A stretch of 64,000 nucleotides of DNA from Alphaproteobacteria bacterium (GCA_050633325.1 JBOEGH010000005.1:171779-235778), one strand, 5' to 3'. Counted from the stretch's first letter, positions 21,701 to 31,238 are shown. Made by a program: numbers and translations. The notes: a model not told the origin generated them from the letters alone.

Positions 21701-23552
21701 TTTCAGGAGTTTCAAGCAAGAAATCATGAATCCAGACGCATTTATCTGAACCTAATGGCTTAACTTCGAATGGCAATTCCGCAATAACACGAAGCCCCAT
21801 ATTCTCTAATATCGGCAGAACATCTGACAAAATAACCGGTGATCCTACTTGGAACACTTTCAATCTTATTTTCTTCAAATCAACATCATTAGGGCGATAC
21901 AAATCGAGACCGATAGAATTGCAAGACATAACATCTTCTATCTTCTCAATATCAAAAACCGCACGCTTGGCAAGGTAAGTAGAAGTATAAGATACCGGAA
22001 ATGCATCATCATATTGTACTGCCAGATCAGTTATCTTCGCCTGATCTTCATAAGCATCATTCAACGCTTGGGACAAGCGCTCTGACCATGTCTGACCGCA
22101 ATCGCGCAAACGTTGTTCAATACGTTTTGGCAAAATTTTAGGAGGGTTACTCTGGCTAACATTAATAACAAACATGACACGCGCAAAAACCGAATCATCC
22201 AATGTAGTATAAAAGTTCGCGCATTGACCGTTTGTTTCTTCTTCTAAAATTTCCTGAATATCTTTTCTTAGTTTTGTCCCGAAGCGGTCTCTAGGTATAT
22301 AAACCAGACAAGATATATAACGCCCAAATGGGTCAGTACGCATAAATAACGCGATGCGCTGTCGTTCCTGCAAACGAATTATGTTTTGACATATTTTCAA
22401 CAATTCTTTGGGGTCAATTTGGAATAACTCATCCCTAGGGTATTTTTCTAAAATATGACGCAGGGCCTTACAGTCATGCGTACCTTCAATATACCCTGAT
22501 ATCCTTATCGTTTCTTCAACCTTCGCACAAAGATAAGGAACATCGCTAACACTTCTGGAATAGGTCACAGAAGTCAACAAACCAAGGAAAAGCTTCTCAC
22601 CTACAATGTCGCCATTATCATTATAAACCTTAACCGCGACACAATCCATAGGAACTCGTCTATGGACAGTTGCTAATCTATTAGTTTTAGATACAGAAAC
22701 TGGTGGTAACTGACGACGGAGCTCTTGCAGATTGCGTGGCAGCCCCTCTTCTGTTTCACTTATATATGCTGGACTAACATCATTATGCAACAACCCCAAA
22801 CTAGAGTTAGGTACATTCTTACTGTAAACTCCATGCTTACCATCTACAAATTTATATTCTCTATAGCCTAAAAGGGTAAAGTTGTTGTCATATAAATAAT
22901 CAAGAAACGCACAATACTCCTGAATTTCAGCCGCAGGTCGTTTAGTACGTGCACTATTCAAATCAGTAGACGCTTCTTTTAACTTACCCAACATAGTGCG
23001 CCAATCAGAGTTGGCATAAAAAACATCATTTAAAGATGCGTATAGACCATCTTGCAGCTCTTTAATTGCCTGATCAGATAATGTTTCATTTATTTGCACA
23101 TGAATATGCGCCTGCCTGTGGCAATCGCCATCCACCGCCTTTGCGGTTATATCTTTTAGATTACCTTTATCATCGTACGTAGAATAGACATTAGGATGAA
23201 TCAGTATACCAATCAAAATATTGTGCCTATTAATTTCAGCCGCAATAGAATCAACCAAAAATGCAAGATCATCACTGACTATATCTATAACAGTCTTGCG
23301 ATATTCTCGTCCCTCAACGATTGATGAATATATTCTAAGCTTGGGTTCTCCCTTACCGCGCTCTTTAGCCATTTCCCAATGAGACACTGCCATTTCTGAC
23401 AATATTTGTGCATCAAAAAACTCCAAGTCATCAGCGTTAATTTTCTGGCACAGAATCTCAAGCATCTTAACCAATCCATCAGGGGATTTGGCTGGAAGGG
23501 CTTTTCTAGCTTTTTGAACTAGGAAATCAAATTCTTTTTTCTTTTGAGACAT
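18738..23552 (-). CDS. gdhB: NAD-specific glutamate dehydrogenase, large (about 180 kDa) form
   Basis: 1604-aa ORF. The length and internal catalytic region (VPMGSKGGFVV, DKGTATFSDIANG, GDMGGDVFGNGML) match the Bac_GDH family. Confidence 0.9.
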   Translation of the reverse strand: MSQKKKEFDFLVQKARKALPAKSPDGLVKMLEILCQKINADDLEFFDAQILSEMAVSHWEMAKERGKGEPKLRIYSSIVEGREYRKTVIDIVSDDLAFLVDSIAAEINRHNILIGILIHPNVYSTYDDKGNLKDITAKAVDGDCHRQAHIHVQINETLSDQAIKELQDGLYASLNDVFYANSDWRTMLGKLKEASTDLNSARTKRPAAEIQEYCAFLDYLYDNNFTLLGYREYKFVDGKHGVYSKNVPNSSLGLLHNDVSPAYISETEEGLPRNLQELRRQLPPVSVSKTNRLATVHRRVPMDCVAVKVYNDNGDIVGEKLFLGLLTSVTYSRSVSDVPYLCAKVEETIRISGYIEGTHDCKALRHILEKYPRDELFQIDPKELLKICQNIIRLQERQRIALFMRTDPFGRYISCLVYIPRDRFGTKLRKDIQEILEEETNGQCANFYTTLDDSVFARVMFVINVSQSNPPKILPKRIEQRLRDCGQTWSERLSQALNDAYEDQAKITDLAVQYDDAFPVSYTSTYLAKRAVFDIEKIEDVMSCNSIGLDLYRPNDVDLKKIRLKVFQVGSPVILSDVLPILENMGLRVIAELPFEVKPLGSDKCVWIHDFLLETPEIEDFVVVQDVKENFERAFIKVWDGETNNDGLNRLVLSAGANWHEITILRAYVRYVKQLRFPFSRTYIEKVLSENPKISRLLIDLFRAYHDPEHGDKSEILVEACESKIMRELEQVKLSDYDRILRMIVELIHATIRTNFFQTQECGKAKPCLALKFDCSQINDMPLPKPFREIFVFSPRVEAIHLRGDKIARGGLRWSDRHEDYRTEVLGLMKAQMVKNSVIVPMGSKGGFVVKTPTNSREEFMAEGVECYKIFISGMLDITDNRSGKKIIPPKNVVRRDGDDPYLVVAADKGTATFSDIANGLSQDYGFWLDDAFASGGSAGYDHKKMGITARGAWESVKYHFRLFNHDTQNQPFDVVGVGDMGGDVFGNGMLLSEHIQLTGAFNHLHIFCDPDPDAAKTFAERKRLFDICGGWDQYNEKLLSKGGRIFKRSDKTLKLTPEIQKRFDLSESSVTPDCLIRAILKSRTDLLWFGGIGTYIKASSESDADAGDKASDALRIDACEVRAKVIGEGANLGVTQLARIEMSENGVSVNTDFLDNSAGVDSSDHEVNIKILMRDVMEQKDHAMNLSARNKLLEKMTDEVADHVLRHNYQQAQAISLMEMQAPENLQLHDEFIQDMEREVGLNREIEGLPDQSIIQERLRMGKGLTRPELCVVFAYAKINLTQDLLNSDIPDSPEMNYWIMDYFPDVLGKKYEKEILRHRLKREIIATMMANSLINRMGPTFLKSRMNKTGATVNDIARAYIIVRDAFGLRPLWDSIEDLDGSVPAQVQLKAMREIVHLSEYGITWFLTRLGRNLDINKDAKEFGAGVKVLSKELDKLVPESLQTTIAQRQNVAVSDGLPVELARQIALMPVLSSACDIIRIATEQKVDLKVAAQTYFYVGERFHLDWLRQKARFLPQGDYWQSEAANGLMGQLYGCQAGLTVRVLRDVGKKVKDGSVFDAWLDKNEHHVTQLDPLFANLHRAGTIDLTMLTVVEQRLRNLCI

Positions 23553-23711
23553 AGGAGAACACCAATTGTATTTGAACTTACGCAGCTCGTATCATAAAAT
23601 GAAAAGAACAGTAGGTCTAGTATGTTTAAATATTATTTATAATTATCAGTATTTTAATTGCGAAGGTATAGATATAATAACCTTTGGATTACATGAGCAA
23701 GGACTAAAGAC

Positions 23712-24494
23712 ATGAGCTTACAAGGTAAAACCGCCCTTATAACCGGATCAACCAGTGGAATCGGCCTTGCTATTGCACAGGGCTTCGCGCAACAGGGGGC
23801 TAATATTATAATAAATGGTTTCGGTGATCCTAGTGAAATAGAAAACATCAGAAAAAACCTCGAAAACAAAAACAACAAAGCCATATACATCAACGCTGAT
23901 GTCACAAAACCTGATGAAATCACTAATATGATACAAACTGCGGAGGATAATTTTGGTGCAATTGATATCCTTGTTAATAATGCAGGTATTCAACATGTGT
24001 CTCCTATCGAAGACTTTCCACCTGAAAAATGGGACGCTATCATGTCCATAAACTTGTCTTCCGCATTTCACACAACAAAAGCCGCACTCAATGGCATGCG
24101 AAAATCAGGATGGGGGCGAATTATAAATATGTGTTCCGCACATGGTCTTGTTGCCTCCCCCTATAAAAGCGCATATGTAGCAGCCAAACACGGCATATTG
24201 GGATTTACAAAAACAATCGCCCTTGAAGTTGCGCAAGATAACATAACATGCAATGCCATTTGTCCTGGATACGTACGCACTCCACTTGTTGAAAATCAAA
24301 TTACTGACACAGCAAAAGCCAGAGGGATAAGTGAAGAAGAAGTTATTCGTGATGTATTGCTAACCGCACAATGGACAAAAAAATTTGTAACCGTGGAACA
24401 AATCGCGGGCGTAGCCCAATTTTTATGCTCTGACAGCGCAGAAAATATAACCGGAATTGACTTACGTGTTGATGGTGGTTGGACTGCCGCTTAA
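23712..24494 (+). CDS. bdhA: 3-hydroxybutyrate dehydrogenase
   Basis: 260-aa SDR with TGSTSGIGLAIA, YVAAKHG and a VDGGWTAA C-terminus typical of BdhA. An AAGGA RBS lies upstream. Confidence 0.85.
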   Translation: MSLQGKTALITGSTSGIGLAIAQGFAQQGANIIINGFGDPSEIENIRKNLENKNNKAIYINADVTKPDEITNMIQTAEDNFGAIDILVNNAGIQHVSPIEDFPPEKWDAIMSINLSSAFHTTKAALNGMRKSGWGRIINMCSAHGLVASPYKSAYVAAKHGILGFTKTIALEVAQDNITCNAICPGYVRTPLVENQITDTAKARGISEEEVIRDVLLTAQWTKKFVTVEQIAGVAQFLCSDSAENITGIDLRVDGGWTAA

Positions 24495-24564
24495 TATTAA
24501 ATATGTATCTTTTACACAAAGATAACGAACAATAGTTTACCAACAAAAATTAAGGTGAAAAATT

Positions 24565-25920
24565 ATGTATGATGTAGATTTATTTGTAATTGGCGCAGGA
24601 TCAGGGGGCGTACGCGCAGCACGTATTGCCGCAGGATATGGCGTAAAAGTAGCCTTGGCAGAAGAACGGTTTTACGGCGGTACTTGCGTTAATGTCGGTT
24701 GCGTACCAAAGAAACTGATGACATATCTTGGCGGGTACGAAAGCGCAATGCAAGACGCAAAGGGATACGGATGGAACGTTGGCGAACGTACATTAGATTG
24801 GCCAAAATTCATAAAGCAGAAAAATGATGAAATCGAACGCTTAAATGGAATATACGCGCGTATGCTTGAAAATTCAGGCGTTGAGATACATTGGGGCACA
24901 GCGACTATCGCAGACCCACATACAGTACAAGTGAACGGGCAATCCATAACCGCCGAACGCATTCTAATCGCCACAGGCGGCAAAATATCCGTGCCTGATA
25001 TAAAGGGAGCACGCGAGTATGGAATTACATCAGATGATATATTCTATCTAAAAGACAAGCCACAAACACTTGTCGTGGCAGGCGTAGGGTATATAGGATT
25101 AGAGTTCGCAGGCATCTTCAACCAACTCGGATCTGACGTACATGTTATATATAGACGTGACAATATATTAAACGAAGGTTTCGACGGGGACGTACGTACA
25201 TTCCTAAATCAAGAAATGGAAAAGAAGGGGATCAATTTCCACCCTAAAACCAACATTTCTTCCGTGGAAAAAACTGATACTGGTGTAACAGTACATCTAG
25301 ACAATGGTCAATCAATCGACGCAGATCAAGTATTGTTCGCAACAGGGCGTACCCCCAATATAACGGGTCTCGGACTAGAAAATGTTGGCGTTGAATGCGA
25401 CAGAAAAGGCGCAATCATTGTTAACAAAGATGAACAAACCAACATACCCTCAATATATGCCGTTGGTGATGTTACAGACCGTGTCGCACTGACTCCTGTT
25501 GCATTGGCAGAAGGTCATGCACTTGTAGACAGGCTGTACGCGAAAGGTGAACGTTATGTTTCTTACGAAAACATACCAAGCGCAGTATTCTCCAACCCGA
25601 ATGTATCGCAAGTCGGCCTAACAGAAGAACAGGCACAAGATCAATACCCTAATGAAATTGATATATATAAATCAGAATTTCGTGCAATGAAAATGATACT
25701 GGCAAACAGCGAAGAACGTACACTTATGAAGCTGATAGTACATAATAAAACTAATAGGGTTTTAGGGCTGCATATGGTTGGCGCAGAAGCAGGTGAAATA
25801 GTACAAGGATTTGCCACCGCAATAATCGCCGGCGCTACCAAAGATGATTTTGACAGAACAATAGGCATACACCCGACAAGCGCCGAAGAGTTCGTAACCA
25901 TGCGCACTAAATCAAACTAA
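24565..25920 (+). CDS. gor: glutathione-disulfide reductase
   Basis: Has GAGSGGVRAA (FAD), the redox-active GGTCVNVGCVPKK and C-terminal HPTSAEEFVTM. Confidence 0.85.
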   Translation: MYDVDLFVIGAGSGGVRAARIAAGYGVKVALAEERFYGGTCVNVGCVPKKLMTYLGGYESAMQDAKGYGWNVGERTLDWPKFIKQKNDEIERLNGIYARMLENSGVEIHWGTATIADPHTVQVNGQSITAERILIATGGKISVPDIKGAREYGITSDDIFYLKDKPQTLVVAGVGYIGLEFAGIFNQLGSDVHVIYRRDNILNEGFDGDVRTFLNQEMEKKGINFHPKTNISSVEKTDTGVTVHLDNGQSIDADQVLFATGRTPNITGLGLENVGVECDRKGAIIVNKDEQTNIPSIYAVGDVTDRVALTPVALAEGHALVDRLYAKGERYVSYENIPSAVFSNPNVSQVGLTEEQAQDQYPNEIDIYKSEFRAMKMILANSEERTLMKLIVHNKTNRVLGLHMVGAEAGEIVQGFATAIIAGATKDDFDRTIGIHPTSAEEFVTMRTKSN

Positions 25921-26456
25921 TCTTTGGCCTTATTGCGAACACGGCGCCTTTGTACGTGCGCTGGTTTTTCGTACTCAACCAATGGGCCGCCCGGCCTTAC
26001 CGGGCGCTCCGCAAAACGCCCCATGCTAATCATACGATCATACATAACAAGCGCCCCTGCAACGCCAACATTAACACAAAACTTCATAGGTATCTTCACC
26101 ACATGATGGCACTTTTCTACGACTTGCGGCGATAAATTACCCATTTCAGGGCCTAAAATATACGCCGCCCTAGTTGGGTGACGAAAACTTGGCAGTTCAA
26201 CCGATTCATCAGTAAACTCAATACCGACCAACGTACATTTCATTGGCAACTCAAGCGCATCAGGTGACGTATATTGATAATATGGCATATGATCAAACGC
26301 GTCAGAGGTATCGCTTTTTCGCATTCCCTTAATATCGACATACGGGTTAATAGCAAAGAAGAAACTAGCGCCAAAAGAATGCGCAGAACGCGCGATAGTA
26401 CCCACATTTTGCTCTTTTGTAATACCCTCAACACCAATACCGAAATAACCGCGCAT
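25917..26456 (-). CDS. SpoU/TrmH family RNA methyltransferase
   Basis: 179 aa with GNVGTIARSAHSFGA-like N-terminal and ILGPEMGNLS...IPM...SLNVGVAGA-like C-terminal SPOUT motifs (YILGPEMGNLSPQV, IPMKFCVNVGVAGALVMYD). Confidence 0.7.
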   Translation of the reverse strand: MRGYFGIGVEGITKEQNVGTIARSAHSFGASFFFAINPYVDIKGMRKSDTSDAFDHMPYYQYTSPDALELPMKCTLVGIEFTDESVELPSFRHPTRAAYILGPEMGNLSPQVVEKCHHVVKIPMKFCVNVGVAGALVMYDRMISMGRFAERPVRPGGPLVEYEKPAHVQRRRVRNKAKD

Positions 26457-26459
26457 ATT

Positions 26460-27152
26460 TTAATCCTCAAACATATATTTTAACGCATCTTCAATATGAA
26501 TAAGCGTTGTATCAAACCCCATCAGATTAACATCTTCCGGCTTAATTAGCATCGTTATCTCGGTACATCCCAAAATAAAACCCTGAGCGCCTTGATTCTC
26601 AAACTCTGATATTACGTCTTTATAAACATCCAATGATTTGGGGTTAATAATACCGTTACACAACTCATCATAAATCACATTATGTATATCTTTGCGCGCC
26701 TCTTCGTTAGGAATTAAAACCCTTAATCCATGTTGATGTAATCTCGATTTATAAAAGTCCTGCTCCATCGTGTAACGCGTACCCAACAGTCCCACACAAT
26801 CAACTCCACTTTCCTTGATTTTACGCGCCGTCGAATCCGCGAGATGAATAAAAGGAATTGAAACAGATTCCTCAATTTGATCTGCAACCTTATGCATAGT
26901 ATTAGTTGCCAATAGAATAAAATCAGCCCCAGCGGACTGCAAAGATTTAGCAGCAGCACATAAAAGCAAGGTTATTTTTTCCCAATCCCCCTGCTCTTTC
27001 AATTTGCAGAACTCACCAAAATCAAGTGAGTTAATAATAATATGTGCATTATGACTGCCACCTAAACGGGCACGTACACCATTATTAATTCCTTCATAAT
27101 ACAACATAGTGGATTCAGGACTAAGACCACCGATAATTCCAACCGTTTTCAT
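26460..27152 (-). CDS. ygeA: Asp/Glu racemase family protein, YgeA-like amino-acid racemase
   Basis: MKTVGIIGGLSPEST...LATNTMHKVAD...GTRYTMEQDFYKSRL...ILGCTEI lines up along its whole length with E. coli YgeA as I recall it. Confidence 0.75.
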   Translation of the reverse strand: MKTVGIIGGLSPESTMLYYEGINNGVRARLGGSHNAHIIINSLDFGEFCKLKEQGDWEKITLLLCAAAKSLQSAGADFILLATNTMHKVADQIEESVSIPFIHLADSTARKIKESGVDCVGLLGTRYTMEQDFYKSRLHQHGLRVLIPNEEARKDIHNVIYDELCNGIINPKSLDVYKDVISEFENQGAQGFILGCTEITMLIKPEDVNLMGFDTTLIHIEDALKYMFED

Positions 27153-28378
27153 GATGAACCGCTACAAATAACACTTTCTATACGATCTAACGCTTCAGTC
27201 AAACGCGCCTCAGAAACAGCAAAGCACAAACGTATATACCCTTTTGCCTCACGCCCGAACGCAGAACCCGGAGACAACAAAACCCCCGCCTCATCTATCA
27301 AGCGTTTTGTCAAAGAAATGCAATCATCTTCACCATCTACCTTGAAAAACGCATAAAAGGTTGATGCAGGATAAGACATACTTACATTACCCATTTTCTT
27401 AAAACGCTCTACTACTAAATCACGATTAGAGTGCCAAAGATCTAATTGCTTTTTCAAAAAGTCTTCGCCATCATTTAACGCAGCCATAGCACCATATTGC
27501 GTAAATGTAGGTGGGCATAGCTTATTATACAAAGCAACATCACGTATTTTATCTTCTGCTATACGTGGCCCTACAATCCATCCAAGACGCCAACCGGTCA
27601 TTGCCCAGCTTTTAGAAAAGCTATTAACCACCAGCAACAAATCATCCTCACGTGCAACATCAAGAAAGCTAGGCGCACGTACACCATCATAGACAAGGCG
27701 ACCATATACCTCATCCGATAACACCCAAATACCACGCTCACGCGCAAAATCAAGTATAGCGCGCAACTCTTCCGTACGTGCCGTCCAACCGGTTGGGTTA
27801 GATGGGGTAACAATCAAAATAACTTTTGTCGCCTCGGTCACCGCGCCAAATAATTTATCTAAATCCAATCGCCACTGATCATCAATATAATCCAGTGATA
27901 CTTGCTTTGTACTGGCCTGCGTTAGCTCCACCGCACCTAACAGATTTTTCCATATAGGGGTTACCGCAACAACTTCGTCACCTTTATCCAACAAAGCGGC
28001 TAAAGATAAATGCATGGCAGTAGAACCAGAGGATGTGACAAATATCCTATCCGAGGGAAGATCTAGATCGTAAATATTATTATAGTAATCAGAAAGGCAT
28101 TTACGAAGCTCATCAGAGCCAAGAACAGGGCCATAGAATGTTTTACCATCCTTTAGTGCCTGAGCAACGGCATCACATATAAAATCGGGCGTCGGAGAGT
28201 CTCCTTCCCCCTGCCCTAATGTAATCATATCACGCTTACCATCCGCATATCGCATCATCTCCGCACCGGGATTTGCCGTTAATGCATGTAAAACAGGACG
28301 AAATTTAGGCTCAGAACTGGAATCGGGGGTACTCATATTATGTGTGCTCGTATCTTTAATATTACGTAATTTAGTCAT
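27149..28378 (-). CDS. pyridoxal-phosphate-dependent aminotransferase, class I/II
   Basis: Has TPSNPTGW and NSFSKSWAMTGWRLGW. It overlaps the downstream racemase gene by 4 nt. Confidence 0.85.
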   Translation of the reverse strand: MTKLRNIKDTSTHNMSTPDSSSEPKFRPVLHALTANPGAEMMRYADGKRDMITLGQGEGDSPTPDFICDAVAQALKDGKTFYGPVLGSDELRKCLSDYYNNIYDLDLPSDRIFVTSSGSTAMHLSLAALLDKGDEVVAVTPIWKNLLGAVELTQASTKQVSLDYIDDQWRLDLDKLFGAVTEATKVILIVTPSNPTGWTARTEELRAILDFARERGIWVLSDEVYGRLVYDGVRAPSFLDVAREDDLLLVVNSFSKSWAMTGWRLGWIVGPRIAEDKIRDVALYNKLCPPTFTQYGAMAALNDGEDFLKKQLDLWHSNRDLVVERFKKMGNVSMSYPASTFYAFFKVDGEDDCISLTKRLIDEAGVLLSPGSAFGREAKGYIRLCFAVSEARLTEALDRIESVICSGSS

Positions 28379-28530
28379 TTTATTATCTCATAACGTTATC
28401 AAAACAAAAGTAAAAACTATCGTTTTGTTTAATTTAAATTTGAAAAGGAAAAATGCGCGGCTCTTGCGCTATGGGCTTATATGCGGGCGTGGCCCGCCGC
28501 ATTCGCTGCTGCTGCGTTTTGCGCGCACGC

Positions 28531-28554
28531 AAAAAGGGCACTTGTGTACGCCCC
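28531..28554 (-). terminator. probable intrinsic terminator after the 181-aa membrane protein gene
   Basis: On the minus strand gggcgt-acacaa-gtgccc (4 GC pairs plus 2 G-U pairs) is followed by ttttt, 44 bp downstream of the stop at 28598. Confidence 0.5.
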
Positions 28555-28597
28555 ACTAAATTCAACAACAATGTTATGTTCGATAACCATCAACAAA

Positions 28598-29143
28598 TCA
28601 TATATCAACTTCGGTGTTGTTTACAATATTTTTTAAAAATAAACATCTTACACAAACAAAAAAATACGGAAAAAGGGGCAGCCAGATAAATGCCGCAAAC
28701 TTTAAATCAGAATGATTTATTAAAAAACATAACCCGCAAAGAACACTAAATATTGCAAATATGCGTAATACATATTTTCTTATTCTTTTTAATGAATCCT
28801 CATACACAAAAGAAATTGCACATATTGGATAAACTGCATGAAACACAAACATACCTAATTGAAATGCCTGCGGATTACCCCACGGAGAGTTACCTATCAA
28901 AAACCACTCTGCCATTAAGCCCAAAAACCCAAAGACCAATAATAAGGTTTTCACACGGCTATGAAATTTACGAATTATTAGAAAATATATAATGCTCAGA
29001 TAAATGAAATAAACAAATATAGCACCTATAAAATTATCAGGATCATAAGTCGCACCGAATTTATAAAAAAACTCCAACCACATTGCGAAAAACAATGAAA
29101 TCGATACAAATTTAAAATATCGATACCCAGTAATTACCATCAA
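28598..29143 (-). CDS. hypothetical polytopic membrane protein
   Basis: 181 aa with 5-6 hydrophobic segments, noticeably more AT-rich than its neighbours. The start overlaps the aacS stop by 4 nt. No family recognised. Confidence 0.55.
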   Translation of the reverse strand: MMVITGYRYFKFVSISLFFAMWLEFFYKFGATYDPDNFIGAIFVYFIYLSIIYFLIIRKFHSRVKTLLLVFGFLGLMAEWFLIGNSPWGNPQAFQLGMFVFHAVYPICAISFVYEDSLKRIRKYVLRIFAIFSVLCGLCFLINHSDLKFAAFIWLPLFPYFFVCVRCLFLKNIVNNTEVDI

Positions 29144-31092
29144 GATTTTAATTCTTCTATATTCTTGAACAACTCAAGAGCTTCGGGGTTTGCAAGTGCT
29201 TCTACATTCTTAATTGGACGACCCATAACAACGTCACGTACTGCAATTTCCGTTATTTTGCCGCTTTTTGTACGTGGTATGTCGTTCACTTCTATAATTT
29301 TTGCCGGAACATGACGAGGTGAAGCACCGATTTTTATCTGTGACTTAACTTTTGCAACTAAATCATCATCCAATACACATCCATCAATTAAAGTTACAAA
29401 AAGAACAATGCGAACATCCCCTTCCCATTCCTGACCAATGGCCACGCAATCTTTAACAGAAGAAATTTTCTCAACTTGTCCGTACAGTTCTGCCGTACCT
29501 ATACGTACCCCACCAGGATTAAGCGTTGCATCACTTCGTCCATGAATAATATATCCCCCAGTACTTGTTCTTTCAATCCAATCACCATGACACCAGACAT
29601 TATCAAATCGATCAAAATACGCATCACGATAACGCGATCCATCTACATCATTCCAAAAAGACACCGGCATTGATGGGAAAGGGTGCTTACATACCATCTC
29701 GCCCGATCCGCTTTGAGACGGATTTCCATCATCGTCAAAAACATCTACCGCCATACCAAGGCCCGCACATTGTATTTCGCCACGATATACAGGTGACACG
29801 GGATTACCTAACAAGAAACAAGAGACAATATCAGTACCTCCCGAAATAGATACCAAGTGCAGATCAGATTTGACATGTTCATAAACATAATCAAAACTTG
29901 CCGGTACAAGCGGAGAACCCGTAGAGGCCAAAACTCGCAATTTAGAAATATCATGTGTATTTTTAGGATAAATATCATTTACCTTCATTGCTTCTATATA
30001 TTTGGCGGACGTACCGAAAAAAGAGCAATCATGCTCAGACGCATAATCCCAAAGAACATTACCATCAGGATAAAACGGTGAACCATCATACAGCAACAAT
30101 GTAGCATCAGATGCTAATGCACTAAACAACCAATTCCACATCATCCATCCGCACGTAGTAAAATAAAAAACTTTCTCATCAGGCTTAATATTACATTGCA
30201 ATCGATGCTCTTTCATATGTTGCAACAATGTACCACCGTGACCGTGAACAATACATTTAGGCGCACCAGTCGTACCTGATGAAAACATAATAAATAATGG
30301 ATGATTGAAAGAAACGCGCGTGAATATAATTTCCAACGGTGAAAATTCACCAATAAAATCAGCCACACTTTGCGTATCCGGTATGCTTGATATTTCAACA
30401 CCAGAACCCGCAAACGGCACAATGATTGTTTTACTCAAACCTTTTAAGTGCGGGACAATATCTTTGACCTTACCCATAACATCAATGACTTTGCCGTTAT
30501 AATAATAACCATCAACACTCACCAATAATTTAGGTTCGATCTGACCAAAACGATCAATAACGCCTTGAACACCAAAATCCGGTGACGCAGAAGACCAAAT
30601 CGCACCCAATGATATCGCCGCCAAAGCTACAACAATCGTCTCAGGCATATTAGGCATATATCCCGCGACACGATCACCGGCAACAACACCGCATGATTTC
30701 ATTGCCTGCTGCCAACGTGATACTTCATTATATAGATGATTACGGGTTATATTCCGCTCTGTGCCCTTCTCATCACGGAAAACCATCGCATCAGAATCAC
30801 CACGATTTTTTAATAAATTCTCCGCATAGTTTATTTCCGCATCAGGGAAAAACTGCGCCCCAAACATTCTACCGTTATTATTATCTAATACACGCGCGCC
30901 TTTATCCCCTATTACACCACAAAAGTCCCAAACAATGTCCCAAAACACTTCCTTATCCTCTACAGACCATTGCCATAAATCATCGTAATTTTTAAAATCA
31001 TTCCCCGTACGATCTTTCACAACAAGCATAAAATCACTAAGTACGCTTGTATTTATATGGTGTTCAGACGGAGACCAAATCGTGGGGCGCAT
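29140..31092 (-). CDS. aacS: acetoacetyl-CoA synthetase (acetoacetate-CoA ligase)
   Basis: 650-aa ANL adenylating enzyme (FSSGTTGAPKCIVH, SGTDIVS, PRTKSGKITE) with the N-terminal DLWQWSVEDKEVFW typical of acetoacetate-CoA ligases. Confidence 0.88.
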   Translation of the reverse strand: MRPTIWSPSEHHINTSVLSDFMLVVKDRTGNDFKNYDDLWQWSVEDKEVFWDIVWDFCGVIGDKGARVLDNNNGRMFGAQFFPDAEINYAENLLKNRGDSDAMVFRDEKGTERNITRNHLYNEVSRWQQAMKSCGVVAGDRVAGYMPNMPETIVVALAAISLGAIWSSASPDFGVQGVIDRFGQIEPKLLVSVDGYYYNGKVIDVMGKVKDIVPHLKGLSKTIIVPFAGSGVEISSIPDTQSVADFIGEFSPLEIIFTRVSFNHPLFIMFSSGTTGAPKCIVHGHGGTLLQHMKEHRLQCNIKPDEKVFYFTTCGWMMWNWLFSALASDATLLLYDGSPFYPDGNVLWDYASEHDCSFFGTSAKYIEAMKVNDIYPKNTHDISKLRVLASTGSPLVPASFDYVYEHVKSDLHLVSISGGTDIVSCFLLGNPVSPVYRGEIQCAGLGMAVDVFDDDGNPSQSGSGEMVCKHPFPSMPVSFWNDVDGSRYRDAYFDRFDNVWCHGDWIERTSTGGYIIHGRSDATLNPGGVRIGTAELYGQVEKISSVKDCVAIGQEWEGDVRIVLFVTLIDGCVLDDDLVAKVKSQIKIGASPRHVPAKIIEVNDIPRTKSGKITEIAVRDVVMGRPIKNVEALANPEALELFKNIEELKS

Positions 31093-31238
31093 ATAAAATC
31101 TTTCTTACAACGAATATTCATTTAATTCTGTGCAATTTGGTAACGAAAATCAAGAACTAGCGAATAAGAATGCATAAGATGTAATCTTTACGATATAAAT
31201 ATAGCGTATTTGATTCGCTGGATATAGATCAGGAGCCT

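Noticed and set aside
28483-28534. Possible tRNA or other known RNA gene in the GC-rich island
   Set aside because: There is no acceptor/T-arm architecture and no GTTCRA T-loop, and the length and stems do not fit tRNA, 4.5S, 6S, tmRNA or RNase P RNA. It is kept only as an unclassified structured element.
28453-28689. 78-aa Cys/Arg-rich + strand ORF (MRGSCAMGLYAGVARRIRCCCVLRARKKG...) and the overlapping 28344..28559 ORF in the GC-rich spacer
   Set aside because: The composition reflects translated GC hairpins, there is no RBS, and it runs into the end of the minus-strand membrane gene. It is better explained as structured non-coding DNA.
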